Positions 50,541 through 61,358 are shown, counted from the stretch's first letter. The stretch is DNA of 64,000 nt from Candidatus Latescibacterota bacterium (GCA_965219995.1 CBDCOX010000002.1:4640001-4704000); one strand, 5' to 3'. Made by a program: numbers and translations. The notes: generated by a model not told the origin, from the letters alone.

Positions 50541-51893
50541 TTGGAACCGATCGACTGGAACGCGGTCCGTGAGGAAGTGACGGGATACCTGCAGGAGCTG
50601 ATCCGTCTGGACACGACCAATCCGCCCGGAAACGAGACGCTTGCCGCCCGGTACCTTGCCTCCGTGTTACGTCGTGAGGGTTTCGATCCCGAGGTGACCG
50701 AATCGCAGCGGGGCAGGGGGAACGTCACGGCCCGGTTGGCCGGGGGCGGCGAGCCGCTGGTGCTGTTGGGGCATACGGACGTGGTCGCGGCCGAACCCGA
50801 CCGTTGGCGGCATCCGCCGTTCGGCGGACAGGTGCACGACGGATACGTTTGGGGGCGCGGCGCGCTGGATATGAAGAATATGGTGGCCGCCGAGCTGATG
50901 GTGTTTCTGTTGTTGAAACGACGACGGATCGATCTGACGCGGGACGTCATCTTCGCGGCCACCGCGGACGAAGAGGCGGGAAAGGGCGACCATGGCGTCG
51001 GGTGGCTGCTGGACAACCATCCTGAACAGGTGGATGCGCCCTTTGTGCTGACAGAGGGCGGCGGCGCGGACTTTCGGGTGGGCGATGCCCGGTTCTATAC
51101 CTGCCAGACCGGACAGAAGGGGATCTGCAGATTCCGGATGATCGCCCGCGGGCAGCCCGGCCACGGCTCCAGGCCGCACACGCAGAACGCCGTCGTGAGG
51201 CTGTCGGAGGCGGTTGCCTCTCTGGGACGGGCCGAGTTGCCGATGCATCCCTCCCGGACCGTCCGGGCGTTTCTCGACAGTATCGCCGCAACGCAGGATT
51301 CTCTCATCGCGGACCGGCTGCGTTGCGTTCTGGAACCCGAACGCAGCGAGGCTGCGCTCGAATCGCTGCCGCTTGCGCCGGAGATCGTTGCGAACCTGCG
51401 TGCGTCGCTGCGAAATACCGCTTCCGTGACCATGCTGGATGCCGGACAGAAGATCAACGTGATTCCAACGGAGGCTTCGGCGTGGGTGGACGGCAGGCTG
51501 GCGCCGGGGCAGACGGATGACAGCTTCTTCGAGGAGATCCGGCCACTGGTCGGAGACGACGTCCGGTTCGAAGTGGACCAGTACAGCCCGCCTCTGGAGG
51601 CCGGGGTCGACTCCCCGTTGTACCGGACGATCGTGGACGTGATGGCGGATCACGATCCGGGGGCGCGGGTTGTGCCGTCGCAATCCACGGGTGGTACGGA
51701 TGCCAAACACATCTGCCCGCGAAAGCCCGCAACGCAGGTATACGGGTTCATGCCCTACCGGGGAGCTCCCGGAGAAGAAGAGTGGCAGCTGATTCACGGG
51801 CATAACGAACGCACCTCGGTGGAGAACCTCTTGTTCGCTACGCGCGTGCTGTACGATATCGTGCATCGGTTTTGCGTTGAACGGAGTCCGTAG
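50541..51893 (+). CDS. M20/M25/M40 family metallopeptidase
   Basis: DTTNPPGNE, LGHTDVV, WGRGALDMK, ADEEAG, EGG, GHGS, GGTDAK, HGHNER. Confidence 0.92.
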   Translation: MEPIDWNAVREEVTGYLQELIRLDTTNPPGNETLAARYLASVLRREGFDPEVTESQRGRGNVTARLAGGGEPLVLLGHTDVVAAEPDRWRHPPFGGQVHDGYVWGRGALDMKNMVAAELMVFLLLKRRRIDLTRDVIFAATADEEAGKGDHGVGWLLDNHPEQVDAPFVLTEGGGADFRVGDARFYTCQTGQKGICRFRMIARGQPGHGSRPHTQNAVVRLSEAVASLGRAELPMHPSRTVRAFLDSIAATQDSLIADRLRCVLEPERSEAALESLPLAPEIVANLRASLRNTASVTMLDAGQKINVIPTEASAWVDGRLAPGQTDDSFFEEIRPLVGDDVRFEVDQYSPPLEAGVDSPLYRTIVDVMADHDPGARVVPSQSTGGTDAKHICPRKPATQVYGFMPYRGAPGEEEWQLIHGHNERTSVENLLFATRVLYDIVHRFCVERSP

Positions 51894-52026
51894 CGGACCG
51901 CGGATGGTTTTCTCTTAATGTCTGAATTCGAAACTTACATGGATGGACAGGATGAACAGGATAAGGACCCGGAAGGTGAATCCCTCCTTTTGCCCGGTCA
52001 TAGCGACAAATCGGCAGCGGAGGGCC

Positions 52027-52140
52027 ATGAAACAGCACCCTGACCAACCGGTTCGCGTATTCTTGAAGTCCTCATCGGTATTGGACGATGAAGTTATTGA
52101 AAATCAACTGATTATTCAGAAAGACCACCGGGATTCGTGA
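52027..52140 (+). pseudogene. Possible degenerate GxxExxY-family gene remnant
   Basis: GGAGGG RBS; MKQHPDQPVRVFLKSSSVLDDEVIENQLIIQK resembles the Q.P..V.(Y/F)K...D..VE..(V/L)I(I/V) segment of that family; follows a 9-mer repeat. Confidence 0.3.
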
Positions 52141-52173
52141 GTCATTCAATCCCGAGGCTGTGCGGGGATACCG

Positions 52174-53148
52174 ATGCGGGTGCTGGTAACGGACTATGCG
52201 TGGGCGGACCTCACCGTGGAACAGAGGGTCCTGGATGAGATCGGGGTCGAGCTCGTGGCCGCGCCGGATGGCAGCGAAGAGACGCTGGCGCGGCTGGCGG
52301 TCGGCGTCAGCGGCATTATGACCTGTTGGGCCATGACCACGCGGCGGGTCATTCGGGCCGCGCTGCCGGACCTGAAGGTGGTGACGCGCTACGGGGTGGG
52401 CCTGGACAACATCGACGTGGCCTGCGCGACCGCAAGTGGGATCCCTGTGGCGTACGTGCCTGACTATTGCATGGTGGACGTGGCGGAGCACGCGATGGCG
52501 TTGTTGCTGGCGCTTTCGCGCAAGGTGGCGGGGTTCGACCGTTCCGTACGCGGCGGCGTGTGGGATATCCAGGCCGGTCTGCCGCTGAATCGCCTGACCG
52601 GACGGACGCTGGGGCTGATCGGCTTCGGGCGCATTGCGCGGGAGGTCGCGGGCCGCGCGTCGGCTTTCGGTCTGCGCCTGCTGGCGACCGCCCCGTCGAT
52701 GACGCCCGGGTCCGCGGCGGCGGGGGACGTCGAGGCCGTGACGCTGGATGAACTGTTGCGGACGTCGGACTTTGTCTCGATTCACTGTCCATCCACGGAC
52801 GCGACGCGGGGACTCATCGACGCGGCCGCCCTGCGAAGGATGAAACCCACGGCCTGCCTGATCAATACGTCGCGTGGCGATATCGTGGATGAGACCGCGC
52901 TGGCCGACGCGCTGGCCGCGGGAGGGATCGCGGGGGCGGCCCTCGACGTCCGTGTGGAGGAGCCCCCGGGCGAGGACGACCGGCTTATCGGGATGCCCCA
53001 GGTGATCCATACGCCTCACGCGGCGTTTTATTCGGCTGAATCCCTGATTGAATTGAGGCAGCGCGCCGCGATGGAGACGCGCCGGGTCCTGCGGGGCGAA
53101 GACCCGGAGAACCTGGTGAATCCGGAATACCGGCGCGCCGGCGGGTGA
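52174..53148 (+). CDS. D-2-hydroxyacid dehydrogenase (CtBP/SerA-like)
   Basis: RYGVGLDNID, VPDYC..VAEHA, GLIGFGRI, SIHCP, INTSRG, LDV..EEP, TPHAAFYS. Confidence 0.9.
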   Translation: MRVLVTDYAWADLTVEQRVLDEIGVELVAAPDGSEETLARLAVGVSGIMTCWAMTTRRVIRAALPDLKVVTRYGVGLDNIDVACATASGIPVAYVPDYCMVDVAEHAMALLLALSRKVAGFDRSVRGGVWDIQAGLPLNRLTGRTLGLIGFGRIAREVAGRASAFGLRLLATAPSMTPGSAAAGDVEAVTLDELLRTSDFVSIHCPSTDATRGLIDAAALRRMKPTACLINTSRGDIVDETALADALAAGGIAGAALDVRVEEPPGEDDRLIGMPQVIHTPHAAFYSAESLIELRQRAAMETRRVLRGEDPENLVNPEYRRAGG

Positions 53149-53238
53149 CGTCATCCTGCGGGCACGACCCGTTCCACCAGCGGGTCCGCCATGAACGCGT
53201 CGCAGCGGAGACGGAAGATGACTGTGCGGGAGTCATAA

Positions 53239-54606
53239 TTGTCCGAACAGCCCAACATACTGGTACTGATGTGCGACCAGTTGCGACGCGACGCGCTGTC
53301 TGTTCACGGCGACGTGAACCTGCAGACGCCGAATATCGACGCGCTGGCAACACGGGGCGTGAGATTCACAAACGCCTGTTCAACCTATCCGATCTGCGTG
53401 CCCTTCCGCTTTACGTTCATGACGGGAGAATACGCGCACACGCGCAAGGTCCCCGGTATCGAGTACCGGATGTCGCCAACCGAATTCACGCTGGCCGACG
53501 CGTTCAACGAGGCGGGGTACGAAACGATATACGTGGGGAAATGGCACCTGGACGGCGGTCACGGTAGAATGGGATCGGCGCTGGAATGCGGGCGTACGCC
53601 GGTGCCGCGGGAGTACCAGGGACGCTGGGAGAAGTGGTTCGGATTCGAGCTCAGAAATGCCCCTTTCGACACGTATTATTTCGAGGACGACGATCCCGAG
53701 CCAAGGCCCATCGCCGGCTATCAGACCGACGGGCTGTACGATATCGGCATGAATTACCTTGCCGGGGAGCGGGACACATCCAGGCCGTTCTGCATGGTCA
53801 TTTCGGTCGAGCCACCGCACGACCCGTTCGAAGCGCCGCCCGATATTCAGGCGGCATGGGAAGCCAGGGAGATTGAACTGCCGCCCAATTTCGAGGCGTC
53901 CGACGGCGCGAGCCGGGAAGCATTCGTGCTGAATCGCAAGCGATATTACGCGATGGTGGAGAATCTGGACGCCAATGTGAAGCGGATGACGGACTTTCTG
54001 GAGGCGCAGGGACTGGCGGAGAACACCGTGGTGCTGTTCGTTTCGGACCACGGCGAACTGGGCGGCAGCCACGGGCTCAGAGGAAAGCAGTGGCCGTACG
54101 AGGAATCCGTGGGCATTCCGGCGATCGTCTGCGACCCCCGCTTTCCCGTCCGGGCGGGTACGGCAATCGAGGATCCGGTCTGCACGGAGGATTTTTTCCC
54201 GACGTTACTGGGGCTGGCGGGGCTGACCCCCGGCGATCACCTGCAGGGTATGGACCTGTCCCCGCTGATCCACGGTGAGACCGACTCGCTGGATCGGGAA
54301 GGGGTTATGCTGGAATTCGTGGCCGAACTCCGCAAGGGGATGGCCTTCAACCGGTGGGTGTGGCGCGGGTTTCGGAGCGCGCGATACAAATATACCGTAC
54401 GGGGAGACAAGATGGGCGCGGGCGCCTGGCAGTTTTTCGATCTGCATGCCGATCCGTACGAACGCCGGAACCTGATCGATCACCCCGACTTCCAGGACGA
54501 AATCGCGCGGCACCACAGGCTTCTCAGAGAACGCCTTGTTGAAACCGGCGACCATTTCGTGTTGCTGCCCGCGTTTGGATGCGACGGTGTAAACGTGTGG
54601 CGGTAG
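53239..54606 (+). CDS. Sulfatase (formylglycine-dependent)
   Basis: PNILVLMCDQLR, CVPFR (CxPxR), GKWHL, PPHDP, SDHGE, DPYE. Confidence 0.93.
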   Translation: MSEQPNILVLMCDQLRRDALSVHGDVNLQTPNIDALATRGVRFTNACSTYPICVPFRFTFMTGEYAHTRKVPGIEYRMSPTEFTLADAFNEAGYETIYVGKWHLDGGHGRMGSALECGRTPVPREYQGRWEKWFGFELRNAPFDTYYFEDDDPEPRPIAGYQTDGLYDIGMNYLAGERDTSRPFCMVISVEPPHDPFEAPPDIQAAWEAREIELPPNFEASDGASREAFVLNRKRYYAMVENLDANVKRMTDFLEAQGLAENTVVLFVSDHGELGGSHGLRGKQWPYEESVGIPAIVCDPRFPVRAGTAIEDPVCTEDFFPTLLGLAGLTPGDHLQGMDLSPLIHGETDSLDREGVMLEFVAELRKGMAFNRWVWRGFRSARYKYTVRGDKMGAGAWQFFDLHADPYERRNLIDHPDFQDEIARHHRLLRERLVETGDHFVLLPAFGCDGVNVWR

Positions 54607-54622
54607 GGTTCTAACGGAAGGT

Positions 54623-55663
54623 TTATGCGGCCTGAAACCAGCCGCGGAAGGTGGGTTCGAAAGGGGATCGGGCCACGCCCTTCTCCGTAATGATGGCCGA
54701 GACGAGCCGCTCCGGCGTGACGTCGAAGGCCGGATTGTAGACGTTCACCCCTCCAGGGGCGGTCTGCCTGCCCATCCCCCGGGTGATTTCCTCAGAGCCG
54801 CGTTCTTCGATGGGAATCTCCTCACCGCCGGTGAGGGACATGTCGATTGTGGACAGTGGAGCGGCGACGTAAAAGGGAACGTTGTGTTCCCTTGCCACGA
54901 TGGCCAGTCCGTAGGTGCCGATTTTGTTGGCCACGTCGCCGTTGGCGGCAATGCGGTCTGCGCCAACGATGACGCTGTCGATATTCTTCTGCCGCAGGAC
55001 GGATGCCGCCATGCTGTCGCAGATCACCGTGACGTCGACGCCGCTTTGACCGAGTTCCCACGCCGTGAGCCGCGACCCCTGCAGCAGGGGGCGGGTTTCA
55101 TCAGCGAAGACGGCGACCTGTTTCCCGGATTCGACGGCTGCATATACCACGGCCAGCGCCGTACCGTAATCCGCGGTGGCCAGGGCGCCGGCGTTGCAGT
55201 GGGTGAGCACGGTGGCGTCGTGCCCGATCAGTTCGGCCCCGTTTTTGCCGATCTGCCTGCATACCTTCCGGTCTTCCTCGAAGATTTCGTGTGCTTCCTT
55301 CAGCAACTGGTCCCGAATCTCCGCGGGGTCCTGATCGGCGACTTCGCTCAGTCGTCTGCTCATCCGATCCAGCGCCCAGAAAAGGTTCACCGCCGTAGGC
55401 CGGGTGCGAGAGAGTCTCGATATTGCCTCCTTCGTCCCGGAGACGATATCGCCGCCCGAGGCCAGGGCTTCCCGCGCGCCGATGACGACGCCATACGCCG
55501 CGGCCACGCCGATGGCGGGGGCACCCCGGACCCGTAGGCTCTCGATGGCTTCGGCGACGGTTTCCACGTCTCCGCAGTCGATCCGGACGTATCGTTCAGG
55601 CAGAAAGGTCTGATCGATCAGCCGAAGGGAGTCGTTTTCCCAGGTGATGGTTGGTACAGGCAT
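54623..55663 (-). CDS. mtnA: S-methyl-5-thioribose-1-phosphate isomerase
   Basis: VRGAPAIG, TRPTAVNL, LTHCNAGALAT, ETRPLLQGSRLTAWEL, GADRIAANGDVANKIGTY, NPAFDVTP; start MPVPT. Confidence 0.96.
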   Translation of the reverse strand: MPVPTITWENDSLRLIDQTFLPERYVRIDCGDVETVAEAIESLRVRGAPAIGVAAAYGVVIGAREALASGGDIVSGTKEAISRLSRTRPTAVNLFWALDRMSRRLSEVADQDPAEIRDQLLKEAHEIFEEDRKVCRQIGKNGAELIGHDATVLTHCNAGALATADYGTALAVVYAAVESGKQVAVFADETRPLLQGSRLTAWELGQSGVDVTVICDSMAASVLRQKNIDSVIVGADRIAANGDVANKIGTYGLAIVAREHNVPFYVAAPLSTIDMSLTGGEEIPIEERGSEEITRGMGRQTAPGGVNVYNPAFDVTPERLVSAIITEKGVARSPFEPTFRGWFQAA

Positions 55664-55688
55664 CGGTCGGATCCGTTCGACCCGGAAT

Positions 55689-56120
55689 TTAAGGTTGTTC
55701 GGGAGAGGATGTCCCGGCGAGTGCGGGATCTTCTTCGATCCGTTCGGACGGGGCGTCGCCCCAGAGGCGCTCCAGGCGGTAGAACGCCCGCGCCCTGGGC
55801 TGGAAGATGTGGACGACCACGTCGATATAGTCGAACAGAACCCAGGTGCGCGATTCCTGGCCCTCGATATGCCACGGCCTGTAGCCCGCCGCTTTCGTGC
55901 CTTCCTGCAACGCGTCTGCAAGCGCTCTTACGTGTACGTCGGAATTTCCCGTGCAGATGAGAAAGTAGTCCGCGACGTCGGAGACCGTCCGCAGATCGAT
56001 CAGGAGAAGGTCTTCGCCCTTCCGGGACTGAAGGCATTCGATACAGAGATCCAGGACTTCGCGTATCTGATCGGACAAGTCGGTCCCGTTCCGTGATGGG
56101 GTTGAAGGCCTTATCTTCAA
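55689..56120 (-). CDS. rsfS: Ribosome silencing factor
   Basis: KGED...IDL, ADYFLICTG.S..HV, WVLFDYIDVVVHIF, FYRLERLW. Confidence 0.93.
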   Translation of the reverse strand: MKIRPSTPSRNGTDLSDQIREVLDLCIECLQSRKGEDLLLIDLRTVSDVADYFLICTGNSDVHVRALADALQEGTKAAGYRPWHIEGQESRTWVLFDYIDVVVHIFQPRARAFYRLERLWGDAPSERIEEDPALAGTSSPEQP

Positions 56121-56140
56121 TGGTTGGCCCGCGGAGGCCC

Positions 56141-56647
56141 CTATCGCTGCGGGCTGCGGGTGAAGATGCTGAGGCGATCGTAATCCCTGCCTATGATAAC
56201 CGCGACCTGCTCGATGCGATATGGGTCGTGGACGATTTGCTGAATATGCGTGCGCAGTCCCATTGCGCTTGCCACCCTGCGTGCGTTTTCAAGGTTGCCC
56301 GTCCTGTCGATGACCATGGTTTCGGGATAGTTGAAGCTATCCGCGTTCTTCCACGTCATCACGTCGAAACCTGCTTCCCTCAGATAACGCCCCACCTTTT
56401 CCGCGACACCGGAAACGCCGCATCCGTTGAGTACTTCGATGCGGATTCGCCGCATCGAATCCGGACGGGCTCTTGCGACAGGCTCCGGATTCGGCGCCGC
56501 GGGAGTTTCCGGCGCCGGCGCGGCGGGGGGTTCAGGCTTTGGATCGACGGAAGGGGGCTCCGGCGGCAGCCGTCGCCGGATGTCCAGGACGGCGATCGCT
56601 GCAAAGGTCAAAACCGCCAGCGCGGTCAGGACGATTTTTCGTGACAT
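56141..56647 (-). CDS. LytR C-terminal domain membrane protein
   Basis: N-terminal TM, Pro-rich linker, IEVLNGCGVSGVA, NAD, VIIGRDY. Confidence 0.85.
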   Translation of the reverse strand: MSRKIVLTALAVLTFAAIAVLDIRRRLPPEPPSVDPKPEPPAAPAPETPAAPNPEPVARARPDSMRRIRIEVLNGCGVSGVAEKVGRYLREAGFDVMTWKNADSFNYPETMVIDRTGNLENARRVASAMGLRTHIQQIVHDPYRIEQVAVIIGRDYDRLSIFTRSPQR

Positions 56648-56732
56648 CTGCTATGCCGGAAAAACGGAACGGGACATCCGTCCGGTCCGTCCGGACAGTG
56701 TCCCGTTTGAAGGAGTTACAGCGAGGCGCATT

Positions 56733-57212
56733 TCAATACCGATATCCGCCTCTGTGTCTATAATAGGGCGAGTTACTCAGCTGAATTTCGATTTGGATGT
56801 TCTCCCTTGGCTGGTAGAACATACCCACGTAGGGAATGACAAGCCTGGCGTTGTTGTTACCCAGAGCGGATCCGAAAGTCGAGCTCCCCTTAAGCAAGTG
56901 TTCGAGGCCGACCTGCGCCTCGATCAGCAGGGGCTTTTTCGTATTTGCGCGGTAACTTATGGTATTCAGATAATATTGGCTGGCCCCGCCGAAGGCGCCG
57001 GAACGGAAGTTGAATCCGACCGTGTTCCTGAACGAAAGCCTGCCCGAATCCAACAGGCTCTTGAATTTATCGCCCAGTCCGAGAGGTTCAGGCGAAAAGT
57101 CGATTGTCTTAAAGGCGGGGAACTTCGCCGGCTGAGGTTGAGACGTTTGTTCAGCCGACGCCGAAGAGACCGCAAGGAACACTGTCGCCAGTAAACACGT
57201 AGTCATTCTCAT
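56733..57212 (-). CDS. Hypothetical secreted protein
   Basis: Signal peptide-like N-terminus, GGAGGAGG upstream, YQPRENIQIEIQ C-terminal strand; TTGACA-17-TATTCT promoter at 57268-57296 (-). Confidence 0.65.
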   Translation of the reverse strand: MRMTTCLLATVFLAVSSASAEQTSQPQPAKFPAFKTIDFSPEPLGLGDKFKSLLDSGRLSFRNTVGFNFRSGAFGGASQYYLNTISYRANTKKPLLIEAQVGLEHLLKGSSTFGSALGNNNARLVIPYVGMFYQPRENIQIEIQLSNSPYYRHRGGYRY

Positions 57213-57491
57213 CAGTTCGTCCTCCTCCACTCCCGGCCTGTAACCTCACATTCAATAGTCGTGAAATAGAATACGACAATAAAACCGGCGTGTCAAGGTC
57301 TATCAACGTCAATCGGCACGCCACATATTGGACGTTCGAGAGGCGGAATTCGTTCCATAATCCGTCCGCCTGCGTTAACGCGCCGATGAACGGACCCGTT
57401 TCCGAACTGCCGGGTGCCGTTGAAGGTCCGCAACGCCGACATTCGGTCATAAGGGCCGGACGTAGCCCCGATGGCCTCTTTCAACGGACTG

Positions 57492-58613
57492 TCAGGCCTC
57501 TTCCATCAATTCCACAAAACGATCGAAGAGATATTCGGCATCGTGCGGGCCGGCGGACGCTTCCGGGTGGTATTGTACGCAGAAGACGGGCAGGCGCCTG
57601 TGCCTCAACCCTTCCAGGGTACTGTCGTTCAGATTGACGTGGGTAACTTCCACCTCGCGGTGATCCAGCGAATCCGCGTCCACGGCAAACCCGTGGTTCT
57701 GGGACGTTATTTCCACCTTGCCGGTATCCAGCTCTCTGACGGGCTGGTTTGCGCCCCGGTGCCCGAATTTCAGTTTGTACGTCCGCCCGCCAAGGGCCAG
57801 CCCCAGCAGCTGGTGGCCGAGGCAGATGCCGAAGGTGGGTCTGGCGTGCATGAGCTGTCGGATGTTCTCCACCGCGTAGGCAAGCGGCTCCGGATCGCCG
57901 GGTCCGTTCGACAGGAAGATTCCGTCGGGGTCGATTTCGCGCAGCTGATCCGCCGGGGCGTCCGCCGGAAAGACGGTGACGTCGCAGCCGCGGCTGACGA
58001 GGTACCGGAGGATGTTCCGCTTGACGCCGAAATCGTAGACGGCCACCCTGAATCGGGCGTTTTCGCCGAGCGTTTCCGCCCGACCTTTCTCATAGTCGAA
58101 CAGGCCCTCCGTCCAGCGGTAGGGTTCGCTGCAGCTGGCCGCGCCGGCAAGGTCCCGCCCCACCATGGTCGGCGAATTTCGTGCTCTTTCGACCAGGCTG
58201 TCCCGATCCGTGTCCAGGGTGGACAGGACGCTCTTCATCGCGCCCTCGGTGCGGATGCGCCGCGTGAGCGCCCGGGTGTCGACGCCCTGAATACCCGGAA
58301 TGCCGTGGCGTTTCAGGTAGTTGCCGAGGGATTCGCTCGAACGCCAGTTGCTGGGCAGATCACAGTATTCCCTGACCACGAAACCCTCCACCTGGGGCCG
58401 CCCGGATTCGACGTCGATCGGATTGACGCCGTAGTTGCCGATGAGCGGGTACGTCATCGTGACGATCTGGCCCTTGTAGGACGGGTCCGTGAGAATTTCC
58501 TGGTATCCCGTGATGCTGGTATTGAAGACGACCTCGCCCTCGCATTCACCGGACGCGCCGAAGGATTCTCCTTCGTAACATGTGCCGTCTTCCAGGGCAA
58601 GTATGGCTTTCAT
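57492..58613 (-). CDS. carA: Carbamoyl-phosphate synthase small chain
   Basis: [55 protein letters not shown]. Confidence 0.98.
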   Translation of the reverse strand: MKAILALEDGTCYEGESFGASGECEGEVVFNTSITGYQEILTDPSYKGQIVTMTYPLIGNYGVNPIDVESGRPQVEGFVVREYCDLPSNWRSSESLGNYLKRHGIPGIQGVDTRALTRRIRTEGAMKSVLSTLDTDRDSLVERARNSPTMVGRDLAGAASCSEPYRWTEGLFDYEKGRAETLGENARFRVAVYDFGVKRNILRYLVSRGCDVTVFPADAPADQLREIDPDGIFLSNGPGDPEPLAYAVENIRQLMHARPTFGICLGHQLLGLALGGRTYKLKFGHRGANQPVRELDTGKVEITSQNHGFAVDADSLDHREVEVTHVNLNDSTLEGLRHRRLPVFCVQYHPEASAGPHDAEYLFDRFVELMEEA

Positions 58614-58695
58614 GGGCGGGTGTGACTCCTGCCGGATGAATGTTCGTGGGAACTTTGAAGAGTCGGGGTTCATGGCCCCGCGTCTTCAGCGTATA

Positions 58696-60015
58696 TTACG
58701 CGCCATCAGCCGGACCGCATCCGTCGTCGGCAGATCTGTGGGTCACGCGTCCGCCGAGAATCGTCAGAACGGCCCTGCCGGTCAGGGTGTGCCCATGAAA
58801 GGGCGTGTTCCGGGACCTGGAGCGGAACGCGTTCGCGTCGACGGTCCATGTGCGCGCCGGGTCGATAACCGTAACGTCTGCCGGTGCGCCGGGCGACAGA
58901 GTGCCGCCGGGGATCCCCAGGATCCGGGCGGGCGTTACGGTGAGTTTGCGAATCGTTTCGGACGCCGGAAGGATGCCGGGCTCGACAAGGTGAGTAAAAA
59001 AGGTTCCCACGGCGGTTTCCAGCCCCAGGATGCCGTTGGGCGCATCGGGAAACCGCAGGAGTTTTTCCGAAACGGTGTGCGGCGCGTGGTCCGTGGCAAG
59101 AGCGTCTATGGTTCCATCGGCCAGGCCCTCCAGCAGGGCATCGCGATCATCGGCTGAACGGAGGGGAGGGCTCATCTTGCCCTGGGTGCCGTAAACCCGC
59201 ACGTCTTCGTCCGTGAGCGCGACGTGGTGGGGCATGGCTTCGCAGGTCACGGCCATGCCTTGCGATTTGGCCCGGCGAACGAGATCCACGGCGCGGCGAA
59301 CGCTGATGTGGAGGATATGCAGGCGCCCGCCCGCCGAGCGGACCAGGTTGATGTCCCGCTCGACCATGGCGGCCTCGCCTTCAGCCGGCATGCCCTTGAT
59401 GCCCAGTTCCCGCGACACCGCGCCCTGGTGCATGTGCCCGCCTCTTGTCAGCGCGAACACCTCTGAGTGCGGGCAGACGGGAAATCCGTGCAACTCCGAC
59501 AGGCGCAGAAGATCGCGCATGACGGCTTCGGTCTCTATCGGCAGACCGTCGTCCGAGAAGCCCACGGCGCCGGCTTCCAGAAGGGCCTCGACGTCCGTTA
59601 GTTCCCGGCCCTTCATCCCCCTTGTCGCGCAGGCGATCGGGTAGACCCGGGCATCCGCCTGTTCGGCCTTGTTCAGGATGGTGTCGACGACGTCGGGAGA
59701 ATCGATTGGCGGGTCGGTATTGGGCAGGCACGCAACGGCCGTAAATCCGCCGGCAGCGGCCGCGCGGCATCCGGTTTCCACGGTTTCCTTCTCGGGAAAC
59801 CCCGGATCCCGCAGGTGAACGTGCATGTCGATGAGCCCCGGGACGACCAGCGTTCCCGAGACGTCGATAACATCCGCGTCCGCCGGCGGTTCGATTCCTT
59901 CGGCAATGCGGTCGATCCGGCCGTGCCGGATCAGAACGTCCGACGGCGAGTCGACCGCGTTGGCTGGATCGATGACTCGTCCGTTTTTGAGGAGAATGGG
60001 TGTGGCCGGGCTCAT
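58696..60015 (-). CDS. pyrC: Dihydroorotase
   Basis: PGLIDMHVHLRDPG, GGFT, PNT, FSDDG, PHH, PPLR, ATDHAPH, NTPF. Confidence 0.95.
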   Translation of the reverse strand: MSPATPILLKNGRVIDPANAVDSPSDVLIRHGRIDRIAEGIEPPADADVIDVSGTLVVPGLIDMHVHLRDPGFPEKETVETGCRAAAAGGFTAVACLPNTDPPIDSPDVVDTILNKAEQADARVYPIACATRGMKGRELTDVEALLEAGAVGFSDDGLPIETEAVMRDLLRLSELHGFPVCPHSEVFALTRGGHMHQGAVSRELGIKGMPAEGEAAMVERDINLVRSAGGRLHILHISVRRAVDLVRRAKSQGMAVTCEAMPHHVALTDEDVRVYGTQGKMSPPLRSADDRDALLEGLADGTIDALATDHAPHTVSEKLLRFPDAPNGILGLETAVGTFFTHLVEPGILPASETIRKLTVTPARILGIPGGTLSPGAPADVTVIDPARTWTVDANAFRSRSRNTPFHGHTLTGRAVLTILGGRVTHRSADDGCGPADGA

Positions 60016-60189
60016 TGGAAAACGGGGGTGCGACAATCGGGAATTTTGGTTGCAAAGTTACCGGCGGCGGCCATTTCTGTCAAGCGGATTCCGTAAAAAC
60101 AAGCGGGATCGGCTTCCCCCGCTTGCTGATTTGCAGGACGATGCGTATCTTTGCAGCAAACCGGCTTCGGAATCGAATGGAGGTTCACC

Positions 60190-61320
60190 ATGTTTTCGGT
60201 ATTTCTGATAGCGTCGCTTATTGTGGCGCTGACGCTGGGTCCCGTGTCGGCCACCGCGTCTGAAGGCAATGGTCGGGGCGTGTCGTACAACGCATTGCCG
60301 GGACCGAAGGACCTTGAGATTTCAGCGGACGAGGATGTAGCGTTCCTGAATGGGGTGCTGAAGAGCATCTTCCCGGAAGGTACCGGCGGGTTGTCGGAAG
60401 AGCAGAAGGGGATCGCCATTCTGCGTTACGCGTCGTCGGCGCTCGAACTGAAGAACAACGGCGGGACCGCCACGAAGATCATCAGGGAGGGCTACGCGAT
60501 CTGCGGCGGGCTGTCGCACGTGCATCGGGTTCTCTGCCGGATGGTCGGGCTGCCGTCCCGGTACATCGGCGCATTCAATTTGCGTCCGATTATGGGCAGC
60601 CACGCCATCAGCGAGGTGTATTACGGAGGGAAATGGCATCTGCTGGACCCCACGTTCGGTATCTTCTTCTATTCGAAAACGCAGTATGACGGCACCGGTG
60701 AGATTCCGTCGTTCCACGATCTGGTGACTTCGCCGGGCGGGTGGACCGCGTTCAAGGTCGTGGAGAGGCCGTGGATCGGCCGGTACGACGATTCGGTGCG
60801 GTCCTTCGGGGTTGCGCCGGTCGAGGCTGACTACCTGAAGGACGTCTACAGAACGCCGATTATGGAACTTTACGAAAAGTACGTGGCCGAGACGTTTCCG
60901 ATCGCCTACGGACACCGCGATCCGGTGTCCTACCCGGTCGACGCGGACCTGAGAGAAGAGGAAGATTTCCGCGTGGGCGGCGTGGACGGGAACGCCGGGG
61001 ACGTGCTGAGGATGGTGACGAACGGAACCGGGTACGTGGGCGGGCACTACCTGGGCGGGAACTATCCGCCGGGGTTCCATACGTGGTCGATCCGGACGCC
61101 GGGGCCATGCCGTTTGCGGATCGAGTATTTCAGTACCCAGGACGACCCGCCCGGCCTTGAGCCGTCGCCCCTGAAAGCGGCGCGAATCACATCGGTTCGC
61201 AAGGACGCGAGAAGGGTCGTCATCGACCTCCAGGCGATCGGACCGGAGGTCATTGTGGCGGTCCATTGCCCCGGAGGCACCTTTGCGGTGGATGCCTTTC
61301 GGGCTGCGCGAATTCGCTGA
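60190..61320 (+). CDS. Secreted transglutaminase-like domain protein
   Basis: Signal peptide; GYAICGG...GLPSR...HAISEVYYGGKWHLLDPT (Cys-His-Asp triad pattern); GGAGG RBS. Confidence 0.75.
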   Translation: MFSVFLIASLIVALTLGPVSATASEGNGRGVSYNALPGPKDLEISADEDVAFLNGVLKSIFPEGTGGLSEEQKGIAILRYASSALELKNNGGTATKIIREGYAICGGLSHVHRVLCRMVGLPSRYIGAFNLRPIMGSHAISEVYYGGKWHLLDPTFGIFFYSKTQYDGTGEIPSFHDLVTSPGGWTAFKVVERPWIGRYDDSVRSFGVAPVEADYLKDVYRTPIMELYEKYVAETFPIAYGHRDPVSYPVDADLREEEDFRVGGVDGNAGDVLRMVTNGTGYVGGHYLGGNYPPGFHTWSIRTPGPCRLRIEYFSTQDDPPGLEPSPLKAARITSVRKDARRVVIDLQAIGPEVIVAVHCPGGTFAVDAFRAARIR

Positions 61321-61358
61321 CCGTTTCCGCCGGAGAGCCTGGCGCCACCTTCCAGCTT

